Positions 26,850-42,097 of a stretch of 64,000 nucleotides of DNA are shown here, piece after piece (the stretch's first letter is position 1; each line of letters opens with the position of its first letter). Source of the DNA: the human T2T-CHM13v2.0 reference genome, Homo sapiens; the NCBI RefSeq assembly GCF_009914755.1, contig NC_060932.1; one strand, 5' to 3'. The position numbers and the translations under genes were made by a program. The notes under the pieces are model-generated. The model saw only the letters and a program-made list of their open reading frames with translations, was not told where the DNA came from and ran no database searches.

Positions 26850-27134
26850 TTTGAGACGGAGTCTTGCTCTGTCGCCCAGGCTGGAGTGCAGTGCTGCAAT
26901 CTTGGCTAACTGCAAGCCCTGCCTCCTGGGTTCACGCCACTCTCCTGCCTCAGCCTCCAGCGTAGCTGGGACTACAGGCGCCCGCCACCACACCTGATTA
27001 ATTTTTTTGTATTTTTAGTAGAAATGGGGTTTCACCATGTTAGCCAGGATGGTCTCAATCTCCTGATCTCATGATCTGCCCGCCTGGGCCTCCCAAAGTG
27101 CTGGGATTACAGGCATGAGCCACCATGCCCAGCC
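26806..27134 (-). mobile_element. AluY-like SINE with (TAAA)n tail
   Basis: Diagnostic gcaagc, ggttcacgcca, ttagccaggatggtc; TSD aataaaaaca (26796-26805 / 27135-27144). Confidence 0.93.
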
Positions 27135-27174
27135 AATAAAAACAAATTTTGAGGGGTTGGTATCCAAAAGCATT

Positions 27175-27296
27175 TCCCTTCTTTCCTTCTTTTCTTCTTT
27201 CCTTCCTTCCTTCCTTCCCTCCATCTTTTCTTCCTCCTTCCCTCTCTTCTTTTTTCTTTCTTTTTATACTTTCTTCTATTCTTTCTGTTTTTCTTT
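27175..27296. repeat. CT-rich (CTTC/CTTT)n repeat
   Basis: Polypyrimidine array. Confidence 0.85.
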
Positions 27297-27434
27297 CAAG
27301 GTCATTCACTAATTGACTGTCTTATGATGGCTCTGCTAAGCACCCAATTTATAACAATAGAGACACAAAGAAATACTGAGTTGTAAGTGATAGAGATATA
27401 GAGAGACAGAGATGTTATAGAAATGCATTAAAGG

Positions 27435-27613
27435 CAAGGGTGTCCAAAGTTTTGGCTTCCCTGGACCACTTTGGAATTCTCTTGGGCCATACATAAAATA
27501 CACTAACACTAACGAGAGCCAATGAGCTAAAGAAAAGGATTCATGGTTTTCATTATATCCACCACCACAGATAAGCAAAAAAGTCCTTGCATTCAAAGAG
27601 TTAGACACAACTG
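27435..27613 (+). mobile_element. MER30/MER30B hAT-Charlie MITE
   Basis: caagggtgtccaa..ttttggcttccctggaccac...cataaaatacactaacactaacga. Confidence 0.85.
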
Positions 27614-27888
27614 CTAAAAGAACTTAATCTAGAGTCCTTGAGTCTTGAAGAACAGAATGAGCTATCATATGTGTGGGCAGGGAAGGGTGGGGAGGATAAA
27701 AAGGGTGAAAGAAACCACTTCAAGTAGAGAAAGAAACTTCTGCAAAAATATTTAAACAAGATTTGCTAAATATCACACATTTCCAATATAGTTAGAGCAT
27801 ATGTGTATAAAGTAGCTGAGAGATGAAGCTAAAGAAACAGTTAAAGATTAAGCAATAAAGTATCTTGTAATAAGAAATAGAAAGATAT

Positions 27889-28264
27889 TGATATGGTTTG
27901 GTTGTGCTCCCACCCAAAAGCTCATCTTAAATTGTAACCCCCATAACCCCCAAGTGTCAAGGGAGAGACCAGATAGAGATATTGAATCATGGGGCAGTAT
28001 CCCTCATGCTGTTCTTGTGATAGTGAGTGAGTTCTCATGAGATCTGATGGTTTTGTAAGTGTTTGGGAGTCCCTCCTGTGTTCATTCTTCTTCCTGCCAC
28101 CTTGTGAAGAAGGTACCTTGCTTCCCATTCATCTTCCACCATGATTGTAAGTTTCCTGAGGCTTTCCCAACCATGCTGAACTGTGAGTCAATTAAACCTC
28201 TTTCCTTACTAAATTATCCAGTCTTGGGCAGTTCTTTATAGCAGTGTGAGAATGGAGTAATACA
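27889..28264 (+). mobile_element. Solo THE1D/MSTA-like LTR
   Basis: tgatatggtttgg...gtaataca; TSD gatat/gatac. Confidence 0.92.
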
Positions 28265-28369
28265 GATACAAAATTCAGTTATAATTAACTTGGCAGGGTC
28301 TAGAGAGAGACAAAGCATTGTGAAGTTCAAGGTTTGATAATAATAGTGACAAGTTAATTCAAGATTTAT

Positions 28370-28560
28370 CCTGTGCAAGGCACTATACTTAGAAGGATAT
28401 GCATAAAATGTCATTTAATTCTCACAAAAACACTATCAACAATAATCCTATGCCTATCACTATTGAAGAATGCAAGATGTTTAAGGATTATATTTCTTAA
28501 TTTGTCACAAATATAGCACTAGTTGATTAAAACTCAGGTCTTCCTAACTTTAAAGTCACA
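28370..28560 (-). mobile_element. MIR SINE fragment
   Basis: tgtgcaaggcactatact...tcatttaattctcacaaaaacactat...aactcaggtcttcctaact. Confidence 0.6.
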
Positions 28561-28780
28561 GCCCTTAATGTAGTGATATGATAAGCCTGAAAAATGTATA
28601 GCTATATTCACTTTCACTTGAATATAGAACACGTATGTATTCATTTCTAAGTGATGTATAAATGTGCAAATATTTTCCAATTGCAGGTTAAAGGCAGAAT
28701 TAGAGGCAGAACTTACATTTTTATATAGCATAGGTAAACTGAGATTATAAATTAGTGCAACTGATTTAAAAATAATTTAA

Positions 28781-29287
28781 CTGTTTTCCCATTTGCCCTG
28801 AGAATACTTCCCAGTGCCACTTGCAGCTGCAGCATTTACCCCGCAATAAACTTGCCACAAAAATATCTCACTTTTATTATTAGTTTTGCATTGCTCTAGT
28901 ATATTGACTTTGAGAACAGGAGACATCATTCTATTTATAGCATTCTGGTTTTGGTAGCAGTACTCCCATTTACAAATATAGTGATTCTTGATTGCTGAAA
29001 GTGTCAAATTCTAGAAAATGTGGCATTCCTGCGCATGATGTTAACATCATTCTCGAATACTTGTTTCATTTGATGAATCTGATTTTTCCAAAATAGATGA
29101 TTCTGATGATTCAGACTATTCTGATGTTAGTTCTATTAAGAAATAACTCCAAGAACAATTTTTATATTTTATTTTCACATTGAAAATCAGTCAGATTTGC
29201 TTCAGCCTCAAAGCACATGTTTACGTAAAATTAAATGAGCTCTGGGAGTGAGCTACACATTTTGTTTTTTGTAAATGAAAAAAAGAG
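28781..29287 (+). mobile_element. MER75 piggyBac-family MITE
   Basis: TTAA then ..ttttcccatttgccctgagaatac...gatgattctgatgattcagac...aaattaaatgagc...aaaagag followed by TTGA (mutated TTAA). Confidence 0.9.
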
Positions 29288-30599
29288 TTGAAATAAATAA
29301 AGCATAGGTGTGAATTACTTTGTGGAGACAATTGTTATTTGTTTCCATATTTTGGATTATAAGGGTTTCTTCTGAGTTTTTTAGTATGTTGCAGATTCTC
29401 TGACTGTATTATAGCTCCTCTATCTATATTTCCTATAAGTCCTTTTACATATTAAAAATAGAATTTATCAATTCCTAAATTATTGTAGCCAATATTGCTT
29501 TATATTTCCTACACCCCCAAATCCTGGCTCTTAGAACCTTTATCCAATCCCCATGATTCCGTGAGATTTTTCTAGGTTCCACTAAGCTGTTTCTGCCAGT
29601 CAGGTATGCAGGGGTCAATAAGGCAGCCAAAATCAAACATATAGTTAAAACTCTTTGTTTATTTTTCCTTTGGGCCTTATCTCTCTTGCTTTGAGACCCA
29701 CCTATAGGACACCAACTTGTTCGGTTACTTTCAAAACAGATTATTATTACTTAATTAAAATTAATATATGTATGTATGTGCATACATATATGCACATATA
29801 AATAATATTATATTACTTACTTTTTCTTTTTTATGAATGAATGATTGATAAAATAATGCAATACCTTCAATTCCAGAAAATGGCATAGTTTTTTAACCTC
29901 TTGTGGATATGCTGCATGATCAGTCTATTACATAGGATTAATATAAGTTCATGCTATTTGTGTTATGGTGAAACAACATTAAAGAATCCAATTTAAATAG
30001 GTTGAAGTCTAAGTATAATAAAATAATCATTTAATATCATCAAACCTATATAAGACACATGTTTGAATCCATTATCTTGAGTCTTAACATGGTACCATAG
30101 TGCATTCATCTTGATTAGTTTCATTTCTATTACAATTTCTATTACAATGAAGAGATCCCCTACCTTTCTTAGCTCTCTGTTAGGTCTTCTCTTTTTCACC
30201 TTCTCTGTCTAGATTTCTGTTTCTTTCTTGATCTCTTGAAAGAACTGGAGAGGAACACAATTAGTGACATCCTGTTCTTCTGACCTGTTACTTTTTCAGT
30301 CCTCAGCAAGTATCCAAGAACTTGCGCCTTCGTGCTCTGACCTAGAGACCTCAGCTGTCTCTAGCGTCCTATCTGCCTTTGTGTTAGATGGTGGAAAACA
30401 TCTCTCTCACAACCATAGTCATCCCTATCTCCATCATCATGGTCACTTGCATGTCTCTAGCACAGTTTCCCCAGCTAAGCCTTTTCTCCAGCCACCTTCA
30501 GGTATTACTGTAGATACTTCATGGAGTAGCTTCACTAGAGGAGAGTAACACAGTCTTTAGTATATGATATAACAAGTGTTTTTGTTTCACTGGTATAAA

Positions 30600-31615
30600 T
30601 AGGATCAAATGTATTTTTCATTTACATGTCAATATTAGCAGTTCTTGTTAAGAGCTATGTTAACTTTTCTACTCTCTCTCAGAATACAGTCTGAAAAAAC
30701 ATTGATTGATTTGATATTCTGCAGCACATCACTCTGGTCTCATATATGGACACCATTATTGTAATTTTACCTGGTGAAATGTTCATGGACACGATCTTAA
30801 ATGTCCTAGTAAGAAACGTTTATACTAATGAGTAGAAGGTAAACCCCTGAAACATTCAGGGACTGCTACTTGAATAAAACTTTTAGGGGCACAATGTTGT
30901 GAGGCAGGCCAGTACATTTCATCTAAGACAAAGCACAAGTCATCGCACATATATACCCTACCAGTATGAAAGGGGCACAGTGCGCTTCCTTGAGTTTTGT
31001 AGGCAGAATATACTGCACATTGAAATACTCCTCCAAACTGATTATCAAGGGATTCAGAAGTTACTTTTTTTAAGCAGCTGTTTAGAACAAGACCTACTGT
31101 GATTCAGATCCAGGCTGAGTTGTAACCTTTCTTGCCTCTTGAACCATGCAACCAGATAGATTTAATATGTTTAAACATTTTACTAGTAAAAAATTAAAAA
31201 AAAAATCTGTTTTTGGAATCTCTGGGAAGACCCAAGAGGGGAATCACATTAAGAACCCAAGGTTCTTAAACATCTGAAAATGTGTTTTATTTGAGGTAGT
31301 AAAATGGTTTTCATTTGAAAAGTCGATTTTAGAATTGTATGGAGTCATTGATGAAGATGAGTGTTTTATTATTGGTTATAACGTAATTCTAGAACTGCAG
31401 CTACCTATCATGTATCGGGTATATAGCAGTATTTTAAGAGCATAAATTTTTAAGAGTTCAACATATACTGCCTCACCTGAAAGCAGCCACTCTTCTAGAA
31501 TATGTGAATGGCCTTTTAAAGTTTCTACTTAGGGACCAACTCAGGGACTATGCTTTATGGGGTTGAGGTGCCGTACCCCAGGATGAAATATAGACATTGA
31601 AACAACCGTTCCCAC
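30600..31615 (+). mobile_element. ERVL-class internal region (HERV16/ERV3-16A3-like), degenerate pol
   Basis: agctatgttaac (QGYVNS-like); LVSYMDTIIVI at 30734-30766 corresponds to RT LVHYIDDIMLI; integrase-like tgaatggccttttaaag near 31505; many stops. Confidence 0.75.
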
Positions 31616-31619
31616 AATA

Positions 31620-32723
31620 TGCAATAGACTGAATTGTGCTCCCATCCCCACCGCATCCCCCAATTTATATGTTAAAGCTCTAATATCAATGTGATTAAAT
31701 TTGGAGACAAGGCTTTTAAAAGGTAATTAAGGTTACATAAAGTCATAAGGGCAGAGTCCTAATTCTATAGGAACTGTGGCCTTATAAGAAGAAACAGAGA
31801 TATCTCTCTTTCCACATGCATGCCCTGAGGAAAGGCCAGGTGAGAACACAGGGAGACTGTGGCCGTATGTAAGCAGAGAGCTCTCACCAGGAACTGAATC
31901 AGTGGGCAACTTGATTGTGTACTTCTGAAACCGCCTTTGCAAAATTATGACTGAGACACTGAAAGAGATCAACTTAACTGACTCCGTCTTGCTTCTAACC
32001 TCCAAGCTGTCCTTGTTCTTTCCTGGGCCTAGGCTGAACTAACTTTGGGAGAAACTTAGTTTATAGTTTAAACAAAGACGGTAACTTAGTTTAGTTTAAA
32101 CAAAGATGGCAACAGCCCTTTCCCAAAGCAGTCCTCCTTCTTGCCTAGGAACTAGATTGCCTTTGTAGGACTAATATTCACCATAAGATCAGAAATTACA
32201 GTTTAGGAGTCATGCAGCTGGAGGCTACAAGATTCTGACCCTCCCTAAGCTGCTCCTAAGATCAGTGCTTGAGATATTTTGCAGACCCTGCACTTGATGG
32301 AACAGCTGGCCCCACCCAGATCGATAAACAGGCTCATCTGATCTTGTGACCCCCATACAGGAACTGCCTGGGTGCAAGAAGACAGCTCTAACTCCCGATG
32401 ATTTCATCTCTGATCAAGCACTCCTGGATCACTGGCTTCCCCCACCCACTAAGTTATCCTTAATAACTGTGGTCCCCAAATGCTTGGGGACACTGATTTG
32501 AGTAATAATAAAACTCCAGTCTCCCACACAGCAGGCTCTGCGTTAATTATTTCTCTATAGTGATTCCCCCGTCTTGAGAAATCGGCTGTTTAGGCAGTGG
32601 GTAAGGTGAACCCATTGGGCAGTTACACTTCTGAACCTTGTGAACTGTGAGAAAATTAATTTCTATGGTTTAATCCACCCAGTCTATGGTATTTTGCTAT
32701 GGCAACCCAAGAAGACTAAGACA
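31620..32723 (+). mobile_element. MLT1A0-like MaLR LTR (split by LTR8)
   Basis: tgcaatagactgaattgtg...ggtaattaaggtta...ttataagaagaa; resumes gaactgtgagaaaattaatttc...gactaagaca. Confidence 0.85.
31926..32627 (+). mobile_element. LTR8 solo LTR (ERV1)
   Basis: tgaaaccgcctttgcaaaattatgactgagac...gggcagttaca; 4-bp TSD cttc. Confidence 0.9.
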
Positions 32724-33110
32724 AAAGGACTGAAGTTTCTCTATAAAGCAATTAATAGTGAATGAGTAATTGCAGCAACCACATACTTAAAAAGGCAAGG
32801 CAACCAAGAGCCTTCTCAGGGAAGGTCTAATTCACTCCACCGGGAAAGCTACCTACATGCACCAGAGGAAGTGCCAGCTGGAGGGGAGATAAATCTGGAA
32901 TGGTTGTGGAGAAGATTAATGACAATTATTAAATATAATTAAATATAATTTATGGATCAGCTGTAGCAGTAAGGATTATAACTTGTCAAATAACTCTTTG
33001 ATCTTAAGTCCTTTTGGGAGATTGCCACTGGGTTTTATTTGAAGGGTTAGTAAGAGAATGGAATAAATACATGCAGCATAAGTAGATCTGAGAAATAAGC
33101 AGGGAGGGAC
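32724..33110 (+). mobile_element. ERVL (HERV16-like) internal 3' end
   Basis: gtgaatgagtaattgcagcaacc...gaagtgccagctggagggg..aatctggaatgg. Confidence 0.65.
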
Positions 33111-33114
33111 TGGG

Positions 33115-33595
33115 GCACAGGCTTTTGATGCTTCCCGTCACATCACCTTGACCCACCCCAATGTCACTTGCAGTTCCCATGTACTCTGACAAAATTTCAC
33201 CTTCTGTGCCTACCAATTCTTTCTACTTTTTTTGCCTCAAGTTTATCTGAAACCACAAGTGCTCACTTAGGCTTACTGAAGCCAGTCAGGTGTTGAGTCA
33301 CAGAGGCGTTAACACCCTTGGATACAAGCCACAACCAATAAGTAAATGCTCCATTCTCTTCTATTTCTGAAGTGGCAATTCTGAGGTGTGTTGTATTGAG
33401 TCCTCAGAAGACCCCCCAATGAGACAAATACACAGTTGTTCACAATGATAAGAGCACAATAGAGCTCCCTTTGCTAGTTTTCTTTCTTCCTTGTTTTATA
33501 CCTCCACCCCTCCTTTACACCTGCTCCTCAAAACAAATGCCTGCATCTGAGTCCTTCTCTCAGGCTCTGGTTTTGGAAGAAACCCAACTAAGACC
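33115..33595 (+). mobile_element. LTR16-type LTR (3' LTR of the ERVL provirus)
   Basis: caaccaat...gcaattctgaggtgtgtt...gtcctcaga; ends tccttctctcaggctctggttttggaagaaacccaactaagac. Confidence 0.75.
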
Positions 33596-33628
33596 ATTAG
33601 AATATTAATCTTCAAGAATCTAAATGTA

Positions 33629-33908
33629 GGCTTGGTGTGGTGGCTCACGCCTGTAATCCCAGCACTTTGAGAGGCTGAGCCAGCACATCCTGGCTGACAT
33701 GGTGAAACCCCGTCTCTACTAAAAAAATACAAAAAATTAGCCAGGCGGGTTGGTGCGTGCCTGTAGTCCCAGCTACTCGGGAGGCTGCGGCAAGGGAATC
33801 ACTTGAACCCCGAGAGGCAGAAATTGCAGTGAGCCGAGATGGTGCCACTCACTGCACTCCAGCCTGGTGACAGAGCAAGATTCCATCTCAAATAATAATA
33901 ATAATAAT
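33629..33908 (+). mobile_element. AluSc-like SINE with left-arm internal deletion
   Basis: TSD aatctaaatgta (33617-33628 / 33909-33920); (AAT)n tail; gaggctgagc joins cagcacatcctgg directly. Confidence 0.92.
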
Positions 33909-35503
33909 AATCTAAATGTAAATTAAATGATATCTCCCCTCCACCTTTGTAAAATAAAATGAAAGAAAGATGTTGTTTAGACTAGAACTTCATCATTAAC
34001 TATAAATTTGAACTCTTCAAATGTTAGAGACAAGCTTATATTACTTCATATTGGCAAAACTGGACTGGAGGCCTTCTTTTGGAATGTTAGGAGAACATTG
34101 AAGCATTTCTGCCAACTCGAAGAATAGGGTTATATCATTTAACTCTTCTTTAATGAAATCTATAGATCAGTTTTTGGCTCCAGGATCTAGTATTCTTAAT
34201 AGAAAGGTTATAATTCAGTAGTTGCCTAGGGAGCCTGTATTTCCTCAGCTTACTTATGACTCTGTTTCATAGCAGCATTGTTAACGCATGGCACAACCAA
34301 TAAATGTCCTGCTCCCTCTCTGTAGCACAGGAGTACTCTCAGGATACCTAATGTATTTAGAATATGTATAAGCACTAAATATAAAAATGATATAAATGTA
34401 TATTGATTGTTTATGAAATTATTATAATTGTGATTGTAAAATTCTTACAAATCCCTAAAGCAGGTACCCATAAGGAACATTTGTACTTAGGGCATTTGTT
34501 TCTGTACCAATCTAGATATTAGAAATAATTCCTCTAATAGTTTCCTCTTTACAGCCTTGTCAGAGCCTCAACCTGTGAGGTTAGCCGTTTTATGGCCTTT
34601 TAGTACACATTGTTGTTGCACTCCTTTTATCACTGGAAACTTACCACTTATGAAGACAGTTATATAGCTAATATATTCTATTCAGCACTCATTTGCTACT
34701 CCCCTACAATTTTTTTTCCTGCACCTGTCAACCAACAAAGTAGTTAATGAACTTACATCCTTGGCTCAAGTTCTGCTTCTGGGAGAACCCAACAAAGACA
34801 ACAATTTTCAACACAACACCATTGGTCCCATAACCAGGCCACATGTGAATGAATGTGTAAAAACAGGTGTTCAGTACACAGACAGCAAGTGACATACAAT
34901 GTACTCATAAAAACCTGAACTTATCAGATTTTTCTTTCAGAAAAGTGAACTGAAATTGAAAGATTATACAAATAGATCTCCCCAAAACCCTTATTGGTCA
35001 AGGACAAACCAACACTAGGAGTATTGTTGGATAACTTATAAGAAACTATTAGTAGGCAGAAACTGAAATAAATAAGAGAAAGTAAAAAATAGATAAGAGA
35101 GATAGAAACACAGAGAGATAAGAGTAAAGAGAGAGGAAAAGACAGTGAGAATAAGAGGAAAAAATCTTTCAGGTAAAAAGGGAAAAAGAATCAGGTAAAA
35201 GGAGAATATTATTGATGTTTTTATTTTGCCTCAAACTCCAATATAGCTCAGGATGGCTGTTACTGATCCTGTCTTTTCTTAAAACTTTGATATTTTGTTA
35301 ACAGCCATAAAGAAACACAAGTCATATACCCTAGTCTAATGTGAAGCATGAAAATATTCACATCATTGCATTTTACCTCCATTCTTATTGAACTGTTTTA
35401 AAACCCCTAAGAACTACCTCTATGGGCAGGAAAGCACCATTGTTTCATAGTGTTTTACATTTCTCATTCACTTATTCATTCATACATGAATTCATGCATG
35501 CTT

Positions 35504-36545
<1,042 letters not shown>

Positions 36546-36549
36546 ATAT

Positions 36550-37400
36550 GTGAGGTTATGCTGAGGTGTGTTTCTGTTTTATTATCTATTATGAGTCCCA
36601 ATTCTCACTTCTTATGTCTACTTATATTTATTAATATATTGGAAACCATCAATGTCGTATTTAAGTCACTTTAGATTATGTTGTCTCTCTCTAAAAGGTA
36701 TTGAGTTTCACACTAATAGGAAAATAAATTGCTAGTGATTCCTTTTGATTCTGTCAAGTTTGCCTTTTTTCTTTGACAGAGTGGATCTACACTGATTTCA
36801 TGCCTAGTCCTAGGGTGTGTTTCTTACTACTAAAGCACAGTCTTTCTTGGGGTTTGACAGCATGCCCAATGTAATTAGTGAAGTCACTTTAGTCTGGCTG
36901 GGCTGGAACTCCAATTCAACTTCTGATATCTCTATTATGCCATCACTGCTGCAACAGCTGTTCCCTGGTAGGCCTCATAGAGTTTCACTTTGCCCACTTA
37001 CAGCCCAGCTTTTGACCAAGAACATGTGGGAATCCTTGTGTAAACTTATGGACCCTTATCCAGCACTTGCACATCTCCCTCCTTCCTATTCTTTGCCCTG
37101 CAAATCCAGCCACTTCATTAGCTCAGAAGTTTAATCTCTGCCTTTTCAAATAAGTTTGAGCACCTTAATCTTCTTGCAATCTTACTACTTGCATTATAAT
37201 TAGGAAAATGTATCAAGAAGGAAGTTTATGCAACTGGGAAGTTTACTGATTTTTTTTTCTCTTCTCTTAAAAATCAAACTTTTGTATGTCCTATTTTTCA
37301 TTGGCAGGGGAAGAATTTCCTTGTGCATTTTGTCTGTTTTATGGTTGGATACAAGATGAAGGAAAATTTAATATCAGTCGTGTCATAGAGAACAGTGCAC
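36550..37400 (-). mobile_element. Ancient L1M 5'-region fragment
   Basis: Resembles reversed L1ME-type 5' sequence; very diverged. Confidence 0.4.
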
Positions 37401-38072
37401 ATTACAGACATGACATACTAAAAAGTAAAATTTTTATCTATTTGATTGTAGCACAATCTATGTGTTAATAGACCACAGTACTTTTCAAGAAAAACATAAA
37501 TATTAATACTTAATTTTAGCAGTCAGAATTTATTATAGTTCTGTTAGCAATCATTTCCTGATGTCTTTTCCCTGAGACCAGAGATGACTTATTTGTCACT
37601 TGCGAAAAGGTCAAGATTTAAATACCCTTTGTTGCTTTTGTTTATATTGGTATTCTTTTTAATATGTAGATAAGAAATACTTGCAACTTTGAACCATGTT
37701 GTCTCCGAGTTTTTGCATTGTCTGTATTCTCCTATTCTTTCATCTCTGTTGCAGCTTTTCTCATTTTCCCTCCCTTAGTTCTTTTCTCAATTCAAGTCCT
37801 TTTATATTCTTGTCAGTAGCAACTAAAGCATCCTAAGAGCATTCTATCCCAATCTCCTCATCTATAACCATAAGTTCACTTGGTATATTTTACTGGTTAT
37901 TATAATTGACAGCTACACCAAATATTTTACTACTCATATCATATGTTGTCATATTTCATATCAAATCCCAATAATAGTTTTCTTATCATTGTCCACCTGT
38001 CCTTGAAATCAAATCCAAATAATTTTTTGTTAGTGTTTTTATATCAACATCCCACTCCTAGTACTAATTTCT

Positions 38073-38500
38073 GTATCAATAAGCTTTTTAATATAATGTT
38101 TCTTTAACACACAATTCAAAAATTTCCTTTTTTTAACAATAAATTTCTCTTGTATCCAGTGTGCACCAGCTACATGTTAGCTGCAGTTCCCCTCTATGTT
38201 TTCTTTAGGATCCAGTATGAAACACCAGCACTTATTTGTGACTACTGCATTATGATGTGGCAAAGAGAAGATAGATGATGAAATTGGGCAATGGTTATTT
38301 AAACTTCTGTTTAGAAGTAAAAAAAAAAATCACCTATACTCATGGTTCATCTTTCAAATTAAATAATATGTCCAAGTCTGACATAAGAGAGATGAAAAGT
38401 ACAATCCTCACCCAGCAGGAACCCTGTGGTGAAGGACTTTGAAGGAAGGAAGGAAGGAGCCCATACAGAGAGACAATGTATATTTTGACATTAATTCAAT
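38073..38500 (-). mobile_element. MLT1I/J-type MaLR LTR
   Basis: taggatccag...aaacttctgtttagaagt...gtccaagtctgacat..gaaaagtacaatcctc. Confidence 0.55.
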
Positions 38501-38509
38501 ACATCACAT

Positions 38510-38785
38510 CAGATTTATGTTTCAGAAATATCTCTTTGGTTACTGTGTTGGGACTACATTTTAAGAAGTCAAGGTAGAAGCAAGGAAACCTACTAAAAGA
38601 CTAGTTTAATAATCCAGGTAAGACATAGTGGTAGCCTGAAATAGAGCTGTGGTGGGACTTGAACAGGAGGTTGGTTTCTGGATATGGATATGTCAGCAGG
38701 ATGTATTGATTGCTTATTTGTTGGGCATGAGAGAAAAACAGAAGACAAGAGTGATTTGAAGGCTTATACATTGGCCTAGATTTCA
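38510..38785 (-). mobile_element. L2 LINE fragment
   Basis: atcagatttatgtttcagaaatatctctttggttactgtg...taataatccaggtaaga. Confidence 0.65.
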
Positions 38786-38789
38786 TACT

Positions 38790-39433
38790 ATCCAGAGTTA
38801 GCCAAACTATGAGGTTTGAGAGCAAAACTCTCAAGAATTCCCTTACTTCTGAGGCCAACTACAAGTTTGGAGAGTTCCCCAATCCGCCCTCAGATTTGAC
38901 AGTTTGCTAGAAAGACTGACAGAATTCACTGGGAAGCTTTAAAGTACTTATAGTTATAGTTTAGTATGGGGAACAGAAACAGATCAAAATTTGTCCAAGG
39001 AAGAGCATAAGGCAGAGGGTTCCAAATGCAGAGCTTTCATTGTCCTTTTGATAAAGCTGGAATGTGCTCCCCTCCCAGCACATGCCAGTGAGGGAAAATC
39101 ACCTGAGCCTTCGTGTTCAGAGATGTGTTTTTTGTTGTTGTTGCTTGCGGGGGAGGTGGAGGGTGGTTGTGGTCCTTTTTATAGGCATGGTTGATTGATT
39201 GCTTACATGTTTTTTTCAGTCTCCAGATTGACTGGTAACATGTGAACCAAATCCCCTATCCTCAACAATTAGTTTGTCTTTCTGGTGTAGGCAGCCCCCG
39301 CCATATAAGCCAATGTGGTCAGCCCCTTACCTAAAAAAAAATACTCTTATCTAGCATGTTATACATTACCAGCTAGAAGCCAAGGACAAAGGAAAGTTCT
39401 GGTTTTGGGTAAGGTCAAATTCTTTAATACACA
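38790..39433 (-). mobile_element. MER21-type LTR
   Basis: acttctgaggccaactacaagtttgg...gctagaaagactgacagaattcactg...ttgggtaaggtcaaattctttaatacaca. Confidence 0.75.
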
Positions 39434-39844
39434 CATGCCTATTTTCAAACGAATTATTATGGCCAGGGAGACTGGATTGTCCTGTGTTTTTAGACCCATC
39501 ATTGGTTTCTAGACCAACCACTCTCAAAGTAGAGTGCATTGATTCTACGAAATGCACTTCTGCAACACAAGGTGACAGTGGAATACATCTTGTTGAGATT
39601 TATACCAAAAGACTTTCCTGAGGAGGTGAAATTTAATCTGAGTCCTAAAGAATAAGAAGTAAAAAGAGAAAATGAAATAATTTAAATGTAAAAAAAGAAT
39701 TTAAAATATAAATGAAGCTAGTACTTCCAGAGCATAGTAAAATAGGATTGAGCAGCATGAGATTAGAATGGAAATACACACAAAAATCAGATTACACAGG
39801 GCAAGCATTGTGAGTGCCCATATAATTTGAACTCCACCATTTCA

Positions 39845-41015
<1,171 letters not shown>

Positions 41016-41518
41016 TTTTAAAAAAACATTTAAGTTCAGGGTTACAAGTGCAGGTGTGTTACATAGGTAAACTTGTGTCATGGGGGTTTGTTACTTCATC
41101 TTTCAGGCATTAATCCTAGTACTCAGTTATTTTTCCTAATCCACTCCATCCTCCCACCCTCTACCCTCCCAACACATACCCCCGTGTGTGTTGTTCCCCT
41201 CTACATGTCCATGTGTTCTCATCGTTTAGCTTCCACTTAAACATGAGAACATGCAGTATTTGGTTTCTTGTTCCTGTGTTACTTTGCTAAGGATAATGGC
41301 CTCCAGCTCCATCCATGTTCCTGCAAAGGACATGATCTCCTTCTTTTCTATGGCTGCATAGTATTCCATGGTGTATGTGTGCCATATTTCCTTTATCCAG
41401 TCTATCACTGATGGGCATTTAGGATGATTCCATATCTTTGCTATCGTGAATAGTGCTGCAATAAACATACATGTACATGTGTTTTTACAATAGAATGATT
41501 TATATTCCTTTGGATATT
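41016..41518 (-). mobile_element. L1PA (older, ~PA11-13) 3' end
   Basis: ttaagttcagggttacaagtgcagg...aggataatggcctccagctccatccatgttcctgc; ORF 41226-41537 is the L1 ORF2 C-terminus remnant. Confidence 0.9.
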
Positions 41519-41787
41519 CAAGAAGGCATTTGAACATATGCTTAGCACTAGGAAGAAAGACTCAAACTGGAAATTTAAATTAGGGATCAGTTTATAGATG
41601 CTTTTCAGTCAGAGGACTGGATGAGATTGATTGCCTAGGCAATAATCCACATTAAGAAGCAAAAAAGAGTAAATGAACAGATCTATGATTTAAGGTAAAT
41701 AACTAACGTTCTCGGGATTCTATAGATTAAGTTTATATATAAAAATGTGAAATCAAAAAGTATAGTAAGAAAATATGTATAATATTA

Positions 41788-42097
<310 letters not shown>

